Of a DNA stretch of 64,000 bases, positions 22,157-32,750 are shown piece by piece. The stretch is from an uncultured Chloroflexia bacterium. GTDB lineage: Bacteria > Chloroflexota > Anaerolineae > B4-G1 > SLSP01. Where the stretch lies: positions 1-64,000 of the forward strand of contig CAVVUS010000048.1 of assembly GCA_963751345.1 (NCBI GenBank). The letters are read 5' to 3'. Numbering within the stretch: the stretch's first letter is position 1; every line of letters begins with the position of its first letter. Under the pieces are notes generated by a model. It did no database searches and was not told the origin of the DNA. It saw nothing but the letters and a program-made list of their open reading frames with translations. The translations under genes and the position numbers were made by a program.

Positions 22157-23599
22157 ATGACGAATCGCACCAAGCCCACTCTATGTATTCACGGGCACTT
22201 CTACCAACCCCCACGAGAAGATCCCTTCACACGAGAGTATCGTCGTGAGCCCTCTGCCGCACCGTATCACAACTGGAACGCCCGCATCACGGCGGAGTGC
22301 TACGCGCCGAACGCAGAGCAGGGCAACTTCGGAAGGATCAGCTTCAACCTCGGTGGCACGCTGGCACGGTGGATGCAGATGTACGCAGGCGATACCTATG
22401 CGCGCATCGTAGCCGCCTCCGCTGCGTATCGGAAGGCGTTTGGGGTAGGGAACGGGATCGCGCAGTCAGTTCACCACACTATTCTGCCCCTCGCACGCGG
22501 ACGCGACAAGCGTTGCCAGATCAGATGGGGGGTGGCTAGCTTCACCTCTCGTTTCGGTTACCGACCCGATGGGATGTGGTTGCCCGAGATGGCCGTCGAT
22601 ATGGAGACCCTTGAGACGGCTGCTCAGAATGACCTCCGCTTTGTGGTTCTCTCAGAGGAGCAGGTCGAGGGTGACCTGAGCCGCGGCGCCGGTCCGTACA
22701 ACGTCCGCCTCTCGGGAGACCGTGCAATTGCCGTCTTTGTTCGCGAGCGCGGGCTTTCGGATCATCTCTCCTTCCAGATGCCCTCGCCTGCCCGCGCGAA
22801 GGAATGGATGGATGCAACGATGGCGTATCGACCGGCCGGCTCGCTCTCGCTGATAGCGACCGATGGCGAGACGTTTGGCCACCACCATCGGCAGGGCGTG
22901 GCGGTGCTTCAGCGGCTGACCCAGCCCGCGCCGTCCGATCCGTATGAGATTACGACGCTGTCACGATATCTGCACGAGGCGCCGCCGACCTCTGAGATTG
23001 CCGTCCGCGAGAACACGGCGTGGAGTTGCAGCCATCGCCTCGGCCGGTGGGCGACGGGGTGTCCATGTACTCCGGGATGTGGCCACTGGAAGGGCGCGCT
23101 GCGACGTGCACTGGACAACTTATCTCGCGACATCGATGAGGTCTATGTGGCCGTCGTGAACCGTCATAGTGTGGCTCCCTGGCATCTCCGTGATGACTAT
23201 ATCCGTGTCCTGATGGGCCAGGTGGAGCAGGAGCAATTCCTGCTGGAGCATGATCTCGGCCATCTCTCAGAGGAATCACAGCGCCAGCTTCTCAGCCTTC
23301 TCCAAGCGCAGGTGTACCGCCAGCGCATGTTCGTAAGCTGTGCCTTTTTCTTCGACGAGCTCGAGCGCATCGAGCCGCGGTACGCCATTGCGAATGCCGT
23401 CCAGGCGATGGCGTTGACGTACTATGCGACCGGCGATGACCTGATTCGCGCGTTCCGTCGCGATCTCAGCGTGGCGATCAGCCCCCGCACCAACCGTACG
23501 GGAATCGATATCCTGGACGAACTGCTGGTCGAGGCCCAGTTCGGTGCGAGCCCCTTGGGCGGAGACATGGCGCTGAGTCGGCCCCGCACTGCTTCGTAA
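22157..23599 (+). CDS. GH57-family glycoside hydrolase (DUF3536 type)
   Basis: HGHFYQPPRE, GMWLPEMAVD (nucleophile), ATDGETFGHH (acid/base), WSCSH..RW, MFVSCAFFFDE. Confidence 0.88.
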   Translation: MTNRTKPTLCIHGHFYQPPREDPFTREYRREPSAAPYHNWNARITAECYAPNAEQGNFGRISFNLGGTLARWMQMYAGDTYARIVAASAAYRKAFGVGNGIAQSVHHTILPLARGRDKRCQIRWGVASFTSRFGYRPDGMWLPEMAVDMETLETAAQNDLRFVVLSEEQVEGDLSRGAGPYNVRLSGDRAIAVFVRERGLSDHLSFQMPSPARAKEWMDATMAYRPAGSLSLIATDGETFGHHHRQGVAVLQRLTQPAPSDPYEITTLSRYLHEAPPTSEIAVRENTAWSCSHRLGRWATGCPCTPGCGHWKGALRRALDNLSRDIDEVYVAVVNRHSVAPWHLRDDYIRVLMGQVEQEQFLLEHDLGHLSEESQRQLLSLLQAQVYRQRMFVSCAFFFDELERIEPRYAIANAVQAMALTYYATGDDLIRAFRRDLSVAISPRTNRTGIDILDELLVEAQFGASPLGGDMALSRPRTAS

Positions 23600-23628
23600 T
23601 CCGGTCTTCGCTGGAAAGGTATCGCTCA

Positions 23629-26600
23629 TTGGAGACAGAAGCATCCCTGCGGCATAGCTCCGAGGCCGGCAAGTTCTGGCGTCGGCTCTGGTGGGTCGCG
23701 GCATTCGCCGTCGTCTTCCTGATGGCAGCCGGCGTCCGGCTCTACGGGGTCGATTGGGACGATGGGACCCACCTCCATCCCGACGAGCGCTACCTCACGA
23801 TGGTTGTGAGCGCGATACACTTCCCCGGCGAGGTCGTTGCGCCTGGAGATGCCCCGGCGTGCCAGGGCTTGTCGTCATGCCTCTCCCTGGTCTGGGATAC
23901 CGCGTCGTCCCCACTCAATCCGGCGAACTACGAGGGCTACGCTACCTACGTCTACGGCACGCTGCCGCTCTTTATGACGAGAGCCGTTGGGCACTGGTTG
24001 GATACAACGCTTCAGCAGTCGTGGTGCACCCATCCGGGCCCTTTGGTCGCCTTGGCCATCGGACCTCTGCTGCGCCAGGGGAACGAAGTCTGTGTTGCCG
24101 GTTATTTCACCGGCTATTCCGGTATCTATCTGGTCGGGCGGGTATTGTCCGCCCTGATGGATCTGGCGACGCTCGCCGGGTTGATCTGGCTCGGGAACAC
24201 GCTCTATGACCGGCGGACTGCACTGCTCGCCGGGGCTCTCTACGCATTTGCTGTGCTTCCGGTGCAGCACGCGCACTTCTTCGTGGTCGATAGCTTCGCC
24301 ACAATCTTCGTCGTGTGGACGCTGCTCTTCTGCGCGCTTTCGGTGCGGCATGGTCGCCTGTGGCTGATGCTGCCGGCCGGGCTCACGACGGGTCTAGCGG
24401 TGGCGTCCAAGATCAGCGTCTGGCCAATGGCTGCGGTTGTTGCCGTTGCGGCGGTCTTGCATACCTTGCGAAGGTGGCCCGAGCCGCAGCACAGTGCCGC
24501 TGGGCACTCGGGTCTGGATCTCCACAAGGTTCAGGCTCTAGTGGTACTCATTCTGGCGGGATGCCTTGCCGCCGTGACGTTCCGCGCTGCACAACCCTAT
24601 GCTTTCCAGGGCCCCGGCTTCTTCGGCATCCGGCTCAACCCCGCCTGGCTCGCCACGATGCGCGACAGCCTGGCGCTGATGAGCGGGCTTCGGGATGTGC
24701 CCTATGGCGACCAATGGACCGCTCGGCTGCCCATTGTCTTTCCCTGGCTCAATATGGTCGTCTGGGGCCTCGGCCTGCCGCTTGGCCTAGCCGCGTGGGT
24801 GGGGTGGGGATGGATGGGGTGGGAGCTGATATGGCGCCGCCGCCTCGTGCACCTGCTGCCGTGGGTCTGGGGCACCGGTTTCTTCCTCTACCAGGCCACC
24901 CAGTGGGTGAAGTCGATGCGCTACCTACTGCCGGTCTACCCCGTCTTCGTGCTCTTTGCAGGCTGGCTCGCCATTCGCCTGGCGACCAGGGGAGCGAAAC
25001 GGCGAGAGCGTGATGAAGCAGGGGAGCAGGGGGGCAGGGGGGATGACGAGCCAAGCAGCTCGCTGTCCGTCCCCTCATCGCCTCGTTTCCCTCGCCTCTC
25101 ATCTCGCTGGTCCCTCCGCCGGCTGTGGCTTGTGGTTCCAGGCCTGCTCGTCTTGGGCACCGCGCTCTGGTGCGGCGCCTTCCTGTCGATCTACGACCAT
25201 CCCGTCACGCGTATCGAGGCGTCCCGGTGGATCTTCGACAACGTGCCCACGGCGGTGACGCTTAGGACGGTGGACGGCACCACAATCAACGTGCCGCTTC
25301 AGCCGGAAACAGTGCTGTCGACAGATGGGGGCAGCGAGGTGCATCTGCGCCTCGACTCTGACAAGCGACCAGCAGATCGCCGCCGTGGTGCTGCCCAAGG
25401 TGAGTGGTGGCGGTGCGCAAGGGGGGCGATCGTTGACCGCCACGCTGCTGTCGGCGTCCGCGTACGCCGATGTCAACCTGCCGGATTCGGGCTACCTGCC
25501 CGTGGAGTTGACCTTCGACCCGCCGGTCCCGGTCGATGCGGCATCGGGCGTCGTGCTGTCACTTGGGCTGACCGGTGGAGCGCCCGTGACGCTTCAGGCG
25601 TCGGTGCTCGCCAACGAGGCCTGGGATGACCCGCTGCCCCTGAGGATGGATGGCAAGGATCCGTTCTGGAACTGGTACGCCGGCCTCAGCTCGAGTCCCA
25701 GCGGACAGATGAACAACTACGATGACGACACGCCCCAGAAGCGCCAGGACCTGCTGAGATTGGCTCGATGAGGCCGATTATGTCGTCTTGAGCAGCAACC
25801 GGCTCTACGCCTCGATTCCCCGGCTGCCCTTGCGGTACCCGCTGACAACCGCATACTACGGGGCGCTGCTCGATGGGTCGCTCGGGTTCGAGCTGTCGGC
25901 CGAGTTCGTCTCCTATCCGGCCCTGGGCTCGTGCCAGTTCCCCGATCAGGAGAACCCGTTTGCGGTCATCCGGCCGGTCTATACCAATGCTCGCCCATGC
26001 TCGGTGGCGCTGCCACCGGCGGAGGAGGCGTATCAGCGTCTACGATCATCCCACGGTGATGATCTTCCACAAAACGCCGGCCTATTCGCGCGCGCTGGCC
26101 GAGATGCTCCTGCCACGCTCGCTGACGGACAACGTCGAGTGGATGACGCCACGCCAGGCCACGTTGGGCTTCTTGCAGCACGACGACGGTGGCTATGGCA
26201 CGCTGTTGTCCTCCGCGCGCATGCGGCTGGAGCAGGAACAGGGTGGCACGTGGTCGGACATCTTCAACCGTCTGGCGCCCCAGAACGTGAGTGAACGTGT
26301 CGCCGTCGTGCTGTGGGCGCTGATGCTGACACTGCTGGGATGGATTGCGTTCCCGTTTGTCTACGTGGCGCTTCCAAACCTGCGCCACGGCGCCTACGGT
26401 CTGGGACGCGTGGTCGGGCTGCTCCTGTGGTCTTACGTGGGCTGGCTGTTGGCCAGCCTACACATCCTGCCCCATACACGTGGTGTGCTCTGGCTCGTGA
26501 TCTTACTGCTTGCCGTGGTCGCGGCATGGATCGCATACCGGCACCGTGCTGGGATGCAGAGATTACTGCACGATAATTGGCGGGAGATCGTATTCGTTGA

Positions 26601-28912
26601 CGCAATCTTCCTGACGCTTTTCCTGATCTGGGTGGGTGTCCGCTGGCTCAACCCCGACCTCTGGCATCCCGTCACCGGCGGTGAGAAGCCGATGGACTTC
26701 GCCTATCTCAACGCCGTCATCAAATCGACCTGGTTCCCGCCCTATGATCCATGGTTCGCAGGCGGTAACCTCAACTACTACTACTTCGGCTTCGTGATGA
26801 TGGGAAGCCTGACAAAGGCGCTGGGCATTGTGCCCAATGTGGCCTACAACCTGGCCGTGCCGACGCTCTTCGCCCTGACCGGGGTAGGGGCCTACGTCAT
26901 CGCCAGCAACCTCGCCGGTGGCAGCGATGCACGCGGCCGGCGCGCGGGGCTCTGGGGCATCTTGCTGGTCCTGATCCTCGGGAACCTCGGCGAGGTCCGC
27001 CTCATCTTCAATGGGCTCGTCCAGGTGGGCAGCGTGCACTTCGAGAGCCTCATTCCCGGCTATCCCCAGGTCGTCTCCTTCTTCGCCGGGCTCTGGAAGG
27101 TCGTGGTCAAGGGGGCAACGCTGCCCTTCCGGCGTGAGTCCTGGTATTGGGATGCCACGCGCATCATTCCAGCGGGACCGGGCGAGGCCGCCGGCCCGAT
27201 TAATGAGTTCCCGCTCTTCACCTATCTCTATGCCGACCTCCACGCGCACGCGATGGCGCTGCCACTGACCCAGGTGGCGTTGGCGGTCGCGCTTCAGTGG
27301 GGCATGGGCGCGGTGTCGCGTCTGCGTGCAGTCGGGTCGGGCGTGGCCGGCGTCGTGCACCGCTTGGGCGCAGCGCTTCTGCCGCAGCCCGCGTCAAGCC
27401 TGCTGCTGGCGGCGCTGGTGGGAGGCGCTCTTCTCGCCACCAATACCTGGGACTATCCTACCTATCTCGCACTGATGACCGTAGGGCTCTGGATAGGACT
27501 GGGGAGCAGGTGGGCTGCGGAGCAGCAGGCGGGTCGAACGGGTCGTCCCTCGGCCACGCCGCTGGTGCGACTTCTTGCGCCTGCACTGGTGACACCTGCG
27601 CTGCTCCTTGGGCTGGCCGAGCTTCTATTCCGACCGTACACCGCGCACTATCGTGGCGCCTATGCAGCGTTCGAAGTGTGGACGGGGAGCCACACGCCTC
27701 TCGGCATCTACCTCCTGATGTACGGTCAGTTTCTGTTCCCGATCGTAGTCACCGCGGGGGTGGGTGTGGTGAGAATGGTGGCGCGGTTGGGTGCTTTCCT
27801 GTCTGCGGGTGTGAGGCCGCTGCAGGCTACCGTCCCGGCACCCGAGACAGATCTCGCCTCGAGCGAGCAGCCGATCTCTGACGTGACTTCCTCGCCGATA
27901 GCGCTGGCGATGGATGCGCTTCTGGCGCCTATCGCCTTCAGTCTCGCTGCGCTGGTGCTGCTGATACTGCTCGTCGGCTACTCTGGGGTGAGCATTGCGT
28001 GGTTGGCGGTGCCCCTCGGCGTGTTGGCCGTGCTCCTGCTGACCGCTGCAGGGGTCCCTGTGGAGCGGAGGATCCTCTGGTTCTGGGTGGGCACGGCGTT
28101 GGCGCTGAGCCTCCTGGTTGAGGTAGCCGTGCTCAAGGGCGACATTGTCCGGATGAACACGGTCTTCAAGTTCCACTACCAGGTGTGGATGCTGATGGGG
28201 CTCTCAGCCGCGGTCCTATTGGAGCGATTGGTATCCGGCAGCCTTCGCAAGGTTCGAGCCCGAGCAGCCTCGGGTCGAACCTTGCGAAGGTTCGGAGGGG
28301 CAACCTTCGCAAGGCTATCCCTCCCGCATCATCGTCACCATCATTGCCTTACTCATTTTCGGCGCCGCGCTCTACCCGGCCTTTGCCATCCCTGCCAAGA
28401 TCAACGATCGCTGGATACCGCAGGCGCCTCACACCCTTGATGGGATGGCCTACATGCCGTATGCCGTGCAGATTGAGCAGGGCGCCGACCTGCACTTGCT
28501 TGCCGATTACCGGATCATTCGGTGGCTGGAGGACAACGTCGAGGGTTCACCGACCATCATAGAGGAACTGGGAGAGCACGAGTACCTGTGGGGAAGCCGC
28601 ATCAGCATCTATACCGGTCTGCCTGCCGTTGTCGGCTGGCGTTGGCATCAGGTCCAGCAGCGAGGGGTGATGCCCGCGGGCACCGTCGAGGCGCGGCAAG
28701 CCGACGTGCGGGCGTTCTACGACACCCTGGACCCCGACCGGGCGCTCCAGATCCTGGAGCGGTACGAGGTGCAGTACGTGATCCTGGCTCCCTACGAGCG
28801 CGCCTACATGCTTCCCGCGGGCCTGCCCAAATTCGTCGAGATGGTTGCCAATGGCTGGCTGGAGGTTGTCTATCAGGATAGCGACTCCGTCATCTTCCGC
28901 GTCGTGGAGTAA
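23629..28912 (+). CDS. Large GT-C-fold membrane protein: PMT-like domain fused to YYY/DUF2298 domain (frameshifts)
   Basis: HLHPDER, VYGTLP, HAHFFVVD, MRYLLP; second domain GGEKPMDF, NYYYFG, INEFP, DLHAH, NTWDYP, MNTVFKF; fragments 23629-25629, 25325-25771, 25788-26294, 25873-28440, 28185-28912. Confidence 0.85.
28242..28314. repeat. REP-like palindrome cluster (AACCTTCGCAAGGTT type), three units inside a CDS
   Basis: CCTTCGCAAGGTTCGA (28242-28257) is the exact reverse complement of 28275-28290; third unit at 28302-28314. Confidence 0.8.
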
Positions 28913-28968
28913 GATCTCGCTCTCCTCGGAGGTGTCCCCGTCGGAAGGGTTCCTGGCGAAGGTGTTCC

Positions 28969-28990
28969 CGGCGGATCTGCAGATCCGCCG
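28969..28990. terminator. Perfect 22-bp palindrome between convergent genes (possible bidirectional terminator)
   Basis: CGGCGGATCTGCAGATCCGCCG is self-complementary; no U tract. Confidence 0.5.
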
Positions 28991-29005
28991 TCCGGCACGA
29001 AGCCA

Positions 29006-29735
29006 TCATCCGTGCCCTCTCCGATTCAGACCCTCCGCTAGCACCGCGTACAGCGTCAGATCATTGCTGTGGCCGTCTGCGTAGAAGAGCTCCTCGATCC
29101 GGAGCCTGGCCTCCCGCGCCAGCCGGCGCGTCTCCACCTCGTCGATCAGGTGCGCGTACCGCAGGCCATGTCCCTGGCGCTGCCAGTCCAACAGGTAGTC
29201 GCCCGCATCGACGTCGTCCTCCGCCAAGCCTACTGTCGACCACGGCAGTAGGCGCTTGCGCAGCCGCTCGATCCTCAAGAACTGCCAGTTCGCGATGACG
29301 AGCCTGCCCTGGGGGGCCAGCGTTGCGCCGGCGCGCGTCACGATGTCGAGCCGGTGATCGTAGCCCGGGATGTGGTGGAGCACCGCCCGGAGTACCACCC
29401 AGTCAAACGGCCCGACAACACGTGCTTCCCAGGGATCTGTGACCAGGTCCGCGGCCACAAACGTCACGTTGGTGCCGTCTGGTGGTTTGCTCTGCGATGC
29501 GCAGCATCGCGCCGGCGTTGTCGACGCCCGTGTAGGTGCACGATGGGGGCAGCAATCCGGCCAGGCGTCCCTGCCCGCACCCCAGGTCGAGGACGCGGTC
29601 ACCGGGCCGGATCTTCGCCACGATCCGCTCGAATCCCGGCTCGCTCGCGCCCCGCGAATCGCTGAAGGCCTCCGCAAAGTCGTTGTAGAAGGTCCGGTTC
29701 AGGTCGAGCAGCGTTTTCACCGTGTCAGCATTCAT
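29006..29735 (-). CDS. Class I SAM methyltransferase, Trm9/ALKBH8-like (frameshift near 29490)
   Basis: FYNDFAEAFSDSR, VLDLGCGQGR, FDWVVLRAVLHH, GRLVIANW, DYLLDW, RYAHL; fragments 29403-29834 and 29006-29677. Confidence 0.82.
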
Positions 29736-29743
29736 ATGCTCCC

Positions 29744-29857
29744 ATTGTACCAGCTCTGCCGTGCCCGGCACGCAGCCGCCGGAGCGCGGATGCGGACGCG
29801 TGATGAACCCCCGAACGAAAGAACTCCCCGGCATTTGGGCACTAGCAATGGTATACT
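29744..29857. promoter_or_regulatory. Divergent extended -10 promoters for the methyltransferase and elp3
   Basis: Minus strand TGGTACAAT (29752-29744), 8 nt before ATG 29735; plus strand TGGTATACT (29849-29857), 6 nt before ATG 29864. Confidence 0.6.
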
Positions 29858-29863
29858 ATAGGT

Positions 29864-31504
29864 ATGGTTAGAAGAGGGGTCCCGACTTCTATCGATATCT
29901 CGCCTGCCGGGGAGCGCGAGCGCGTCATCGCGCTGCTCCGCGAGATCGCGGCGGCCCCGGCCGACGATTGGGACCTGATGCCGCTCCTGCGGCGTTACCC
30001 GCGTCCCGGCGGCACCTATGCCAAGTCCCAGCTGCTGGGCGCCTATCGCGAGCTCGTGGAGGAGGGGGCTCTGGAGCAGAGTGCTCGCGTCGAGCAGCGG
30101 CTGCGCGGTCGGCCTGTGCGCACGATCTCAGGTGTGGCCCCGGTCGCCGTCCTCACCGAGCCGTATCCCTGCCCCGGGTCCTGCATCTTCTGCCCGGACC
30201 AGGAGGATGCCCCCAAGAGCTATCTCGATGGCGAGCCGGGCGTCCTGCGGGCGCTGCAGTACCACTACGATCCCTACGAACAGACGCACTCCCGGATCAT
30301 GGCGCTCGAAGCCATTGGTCATCCTACGGACAAGGTCGAACTCCTGATCCTTGGGGGGACGTGGTCGGCCTATCCTGAGGACTACCAGGCGCAGTTCCTG
30401 CGCCGTTGCTTCGACGCGCTAAACGGCGAGCCCGCGGCGACATTGGCCGAGGCGCTGGCCATGAACGAGACCGCCCCGCACCGAAACGTTGGGCTGGTGG
30501 TCGAGACGCGGCCCGACTGCCTCACGCCCGACGAAGTCGTGCGGATCCGGCGACAGGGCGTCACCAAGGTCCAGCTAGGCGTGCAGAGCCTGGATGACAA
30601 CATCCTCGCGCTCAACCGGCGCGGGCACACGGTCGATGATACGCGCGCGGCCATCCGGCGACTGCGCCTTGCGGGGTTCAAGATTGTCCTCCATTGGATG
30701 CCGAACCTCTACGGTGCCACGCCCGAGTCGGACCTCGCGGACTTCGCCAGGATCTTCGATGACCCCACGATTCGCCCCGATGAGATGAAGATCTACCCGA
30801 CGGCGCTCGTGAAGGGCACGCGGCTCTATGAGCTGTGGCAGGAGGGCGCCTATGCCCCGTATGATGAGGACGTCCTGGTCGACCTGCTGGCGAAGTGCAA
30901 GCAGCTCGTCCAGCCCTATTGCCGCATCAACCGGGTGATGCGCGACATTCCCGCCGACTACATCGTGGCGGGGACGACCAAGAGCAACCTGCGGCAGATC
31001 GTCCAACAGCGCATGGCGATTGAGGGCACTGCGTGTCACTGTATTCGCTGCCGTGAGATCCGGGGAGGTACGCCGGTGGATCCCGATGACGTTCGGCTAA
31101 GCGTCGTCTCATATAGCACCGGCGCCACGGAGGAGCACTTCCTGCAGTACCTGGTGCCGGGGCTCGACGGGGCACCGGAGAAGGTTGCCGCGTTCCTGCG
31201 TCTCTCGCTGCCGGTGTCGGGGCGCGATGAGGTGCCGATCCCTGACATCCGCAACGCTGCCATGGTCCGCGAGCTTCACGTCTATGGGCCTGCGCAGGAA
31301 CTCGGCGCACGGCGTCGTGGGGGGCAGCATCGGGGCCTTGGAACGCGTCTCTTGGAGGAGGCCGCGCGTCGAGCCGCAGAGGCCGGGTATGAGGCCCTCG
31401 CCGTGATTGCCGCCGTGGGGACGCGGGTGTATTATCGGGAACGTGGCTTCACCGAGGGGTCGCTCTACCCGATTCGACCTTTGAGTGATAGATGGACTTG
31501 GTGA
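29864..31504 (+). CDS. elp3: Elp3 radical SAM / GNAT tRNA U34 carboxymethyltransferase
   Basis: VRTISGVAPVAV, CPGSCIFCP, PKSY, LGGTW, ETRPD, KIYPT, RVMRDIP, CIRCRE, VRELHVYG, QHRGLG. Confidence 0.95.
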   Translation: MVRRGVPTSIDISPAGERERVIALLREIAAAPADDWDLMPLLRRYPRPGGTYAKSQLLGAYRELVEEGALEQSARVEQRLRGRPVRTISGVAPVAVLTEPYPCPGSCIFCPDQEDAPKSYLDGEPGVLRALQYHYDPYEQTHSRIMALEAIGHPTDKVELLILGGTWSAYPEDYQAQFLRRCFDALNGEPAATLAEALAMNETAPHRNVGLVVETRPDCLTPDEVVRIRRQGVTKVQLGVQSLDDNILALNRRGHTVDDTRAAIRRLRLAGFKIVLHWMPNLYGATPESDLADFARIFDDPTIRPDEMKIYPTALVKGTRLYELWQEGAYAPYDEDVLVDLLAKCKQLVQPYCRINRVMRDIPADYIVAGTTKSNLRQIVQQRMAIEGTACHCIRCREIRGGTPVDPDDVRLSVVSYSTGATEEHFLQYLVPGLDGAPEKVAAFLRLSLPVSGRDEVPIPDIRNAAMVRELHVYGPAQELGARRRGGQHRGLGTRLLEEAARRAAEAGYEALAVIAAVGTRVYYRERGFTEGSLYPIRPLSDRWTW

Positions 31505-31528
31505 GACGGAACTGGGGGCTTCGGCGCG

Positions 31529-32011
31529 ATGTACTTTGAGGCGATTCTCTTTCTGGCGGGTGCCGTCCTCTTCTTCCTTGCCGTGCTGTTCTTCGTCTTC
31601 CTCTGGCAGGATCGTGCTGCGCTGGCCCGTCGCCACGAGGAGCTCGAGACGGAGATGGGTGCCCTCAAGGAGCAGCGCGTCGACCTAGATATCTGGGAGC
31701 ACGAGCTCCAGGTCTGGGCGCTGGGGCTGGAGCACCAGCAACTCGCCATCGCCAAGGCCGAGGAAGAGCTCAAGATGCTCACCGCGACCAAGCAGGCACC
31801 CGACGCCGCATCGGCGTCGCTCACTGTGGCCGAGCCGGCAGGCGACAATGGTGCGGGGCGTATGCCTGACGCTCGCAGCGTCCGATCAGGCCCCAGCCGA
31901 CCTCGCGACCAAGAACCTCAAGCTGGGCGCCAAGAGTACCAAACTCCAGGCGTAGACTCCGATCCGCCGCGAGACCTTTGGAGTTTCCCGCTCAAGCAGG
32001 CATCTGCTTGA
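31529..32011 (+). CDS. Hypothetical protein (N-terminal TM helix, coiled coil)
   Basis: Hydrophobic N-terminus then Glu/Leu heptads. Confidence 0.6.
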   Translation: MYFEAILFLAGAVLFFLAVLFFVFLWQDRAALARRHEELETEMGALKEQRVDLDIWEHELQVWALGLEHQQLAIAKAEEELKMLTATKQAPDAASASLTVAEPAGDNGAGRMPDARSVRSGPSRPRDQEPQAGRQEYQTPGVDSDPPRDLWSFPLKQASA

Positions 32012-32031
32012 GCGGGAAACCCCAAAGGTCT
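31972..32031. repeat. 60-bp palindromic element, copy 1
   Basis: 28-bp arms (27/28 complementary) AGACCTTTGG(A/G)GTTTCCCGCTCAAGCAG around a 4-nt loop. Confidence 0.9.
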
Positions 32032-32750
32032 GTCTGGATGTAGGGCCTCACCTTCCTGAGGATGAAAGCCCCGTAGAGCAGCAGTGGCAGCGTGATCGCG
32101 ATCGATACGAGCGCCTCCGTCGGCGTGCTGTTCGCTGGGACCACCGGCCCCGGCCCACTGATAGCGATCTCGCGCAGCAGGCTCCCGCCGAAATCGACCG
32201 CGGCGTGTGCGACCATCATCGGCCAGATGGCGTTGTTCCTCAACACGCACGCCGCGAAGATCACGCCGAAGAAGAAGCCATAGGCGATCTGCGTGAGGTT
32301 GGAGAGCAGCGGCTGCCGGTGGGCCAGCAGGTTGAAGACGTGCGCGGCGCCAAAGAGGGCGCTGGAGCCAAAGACGGCCATGGATAGATGCCGCGCCGGG
32401 TGTGTCCCCACTTCTGCAGCATCACCGAGAGCACCACGCCGCGGCCCATCACTTCTTCACAGAACCCAATAGCGAGCACCACGACGCTGTAGAGCGCAAT
32501 CAGGCCGGGACGTGACGTGTCGATGCGCAGGCTGCCATCAAAGAGCGCCAGAGAGGTTGACCAGCGCCATAAGCAGGAGCGGCCATCCCAGCCACACCGC
32601 TTTCCACTGGCTGGGCTTGGTGAACCGGGCGCTCTTGAGCAGGTCGAGCTTGACCAGGAGCCCCACAAGCAGCAAGCCCGTCACAGGCTTCCACCGATAT
32701 CGACCGCCGCGTGCACAATCACCACCGGCCAGATGGCGCTATTCCTCAAC
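31992..32750 (-). pseudogene. CPBP/Abi (CAAX protease-like) intramembrane metalloprotease, 5'-truncated or chimeric
   Basis: GFCEEVMGRG, SSALFGAAH and HAAVD motifs in 32261-32668 and 31992-32411; no normal N-terminus, replaced by a duplicate C-terminal fragment. Confidence 0.7.
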
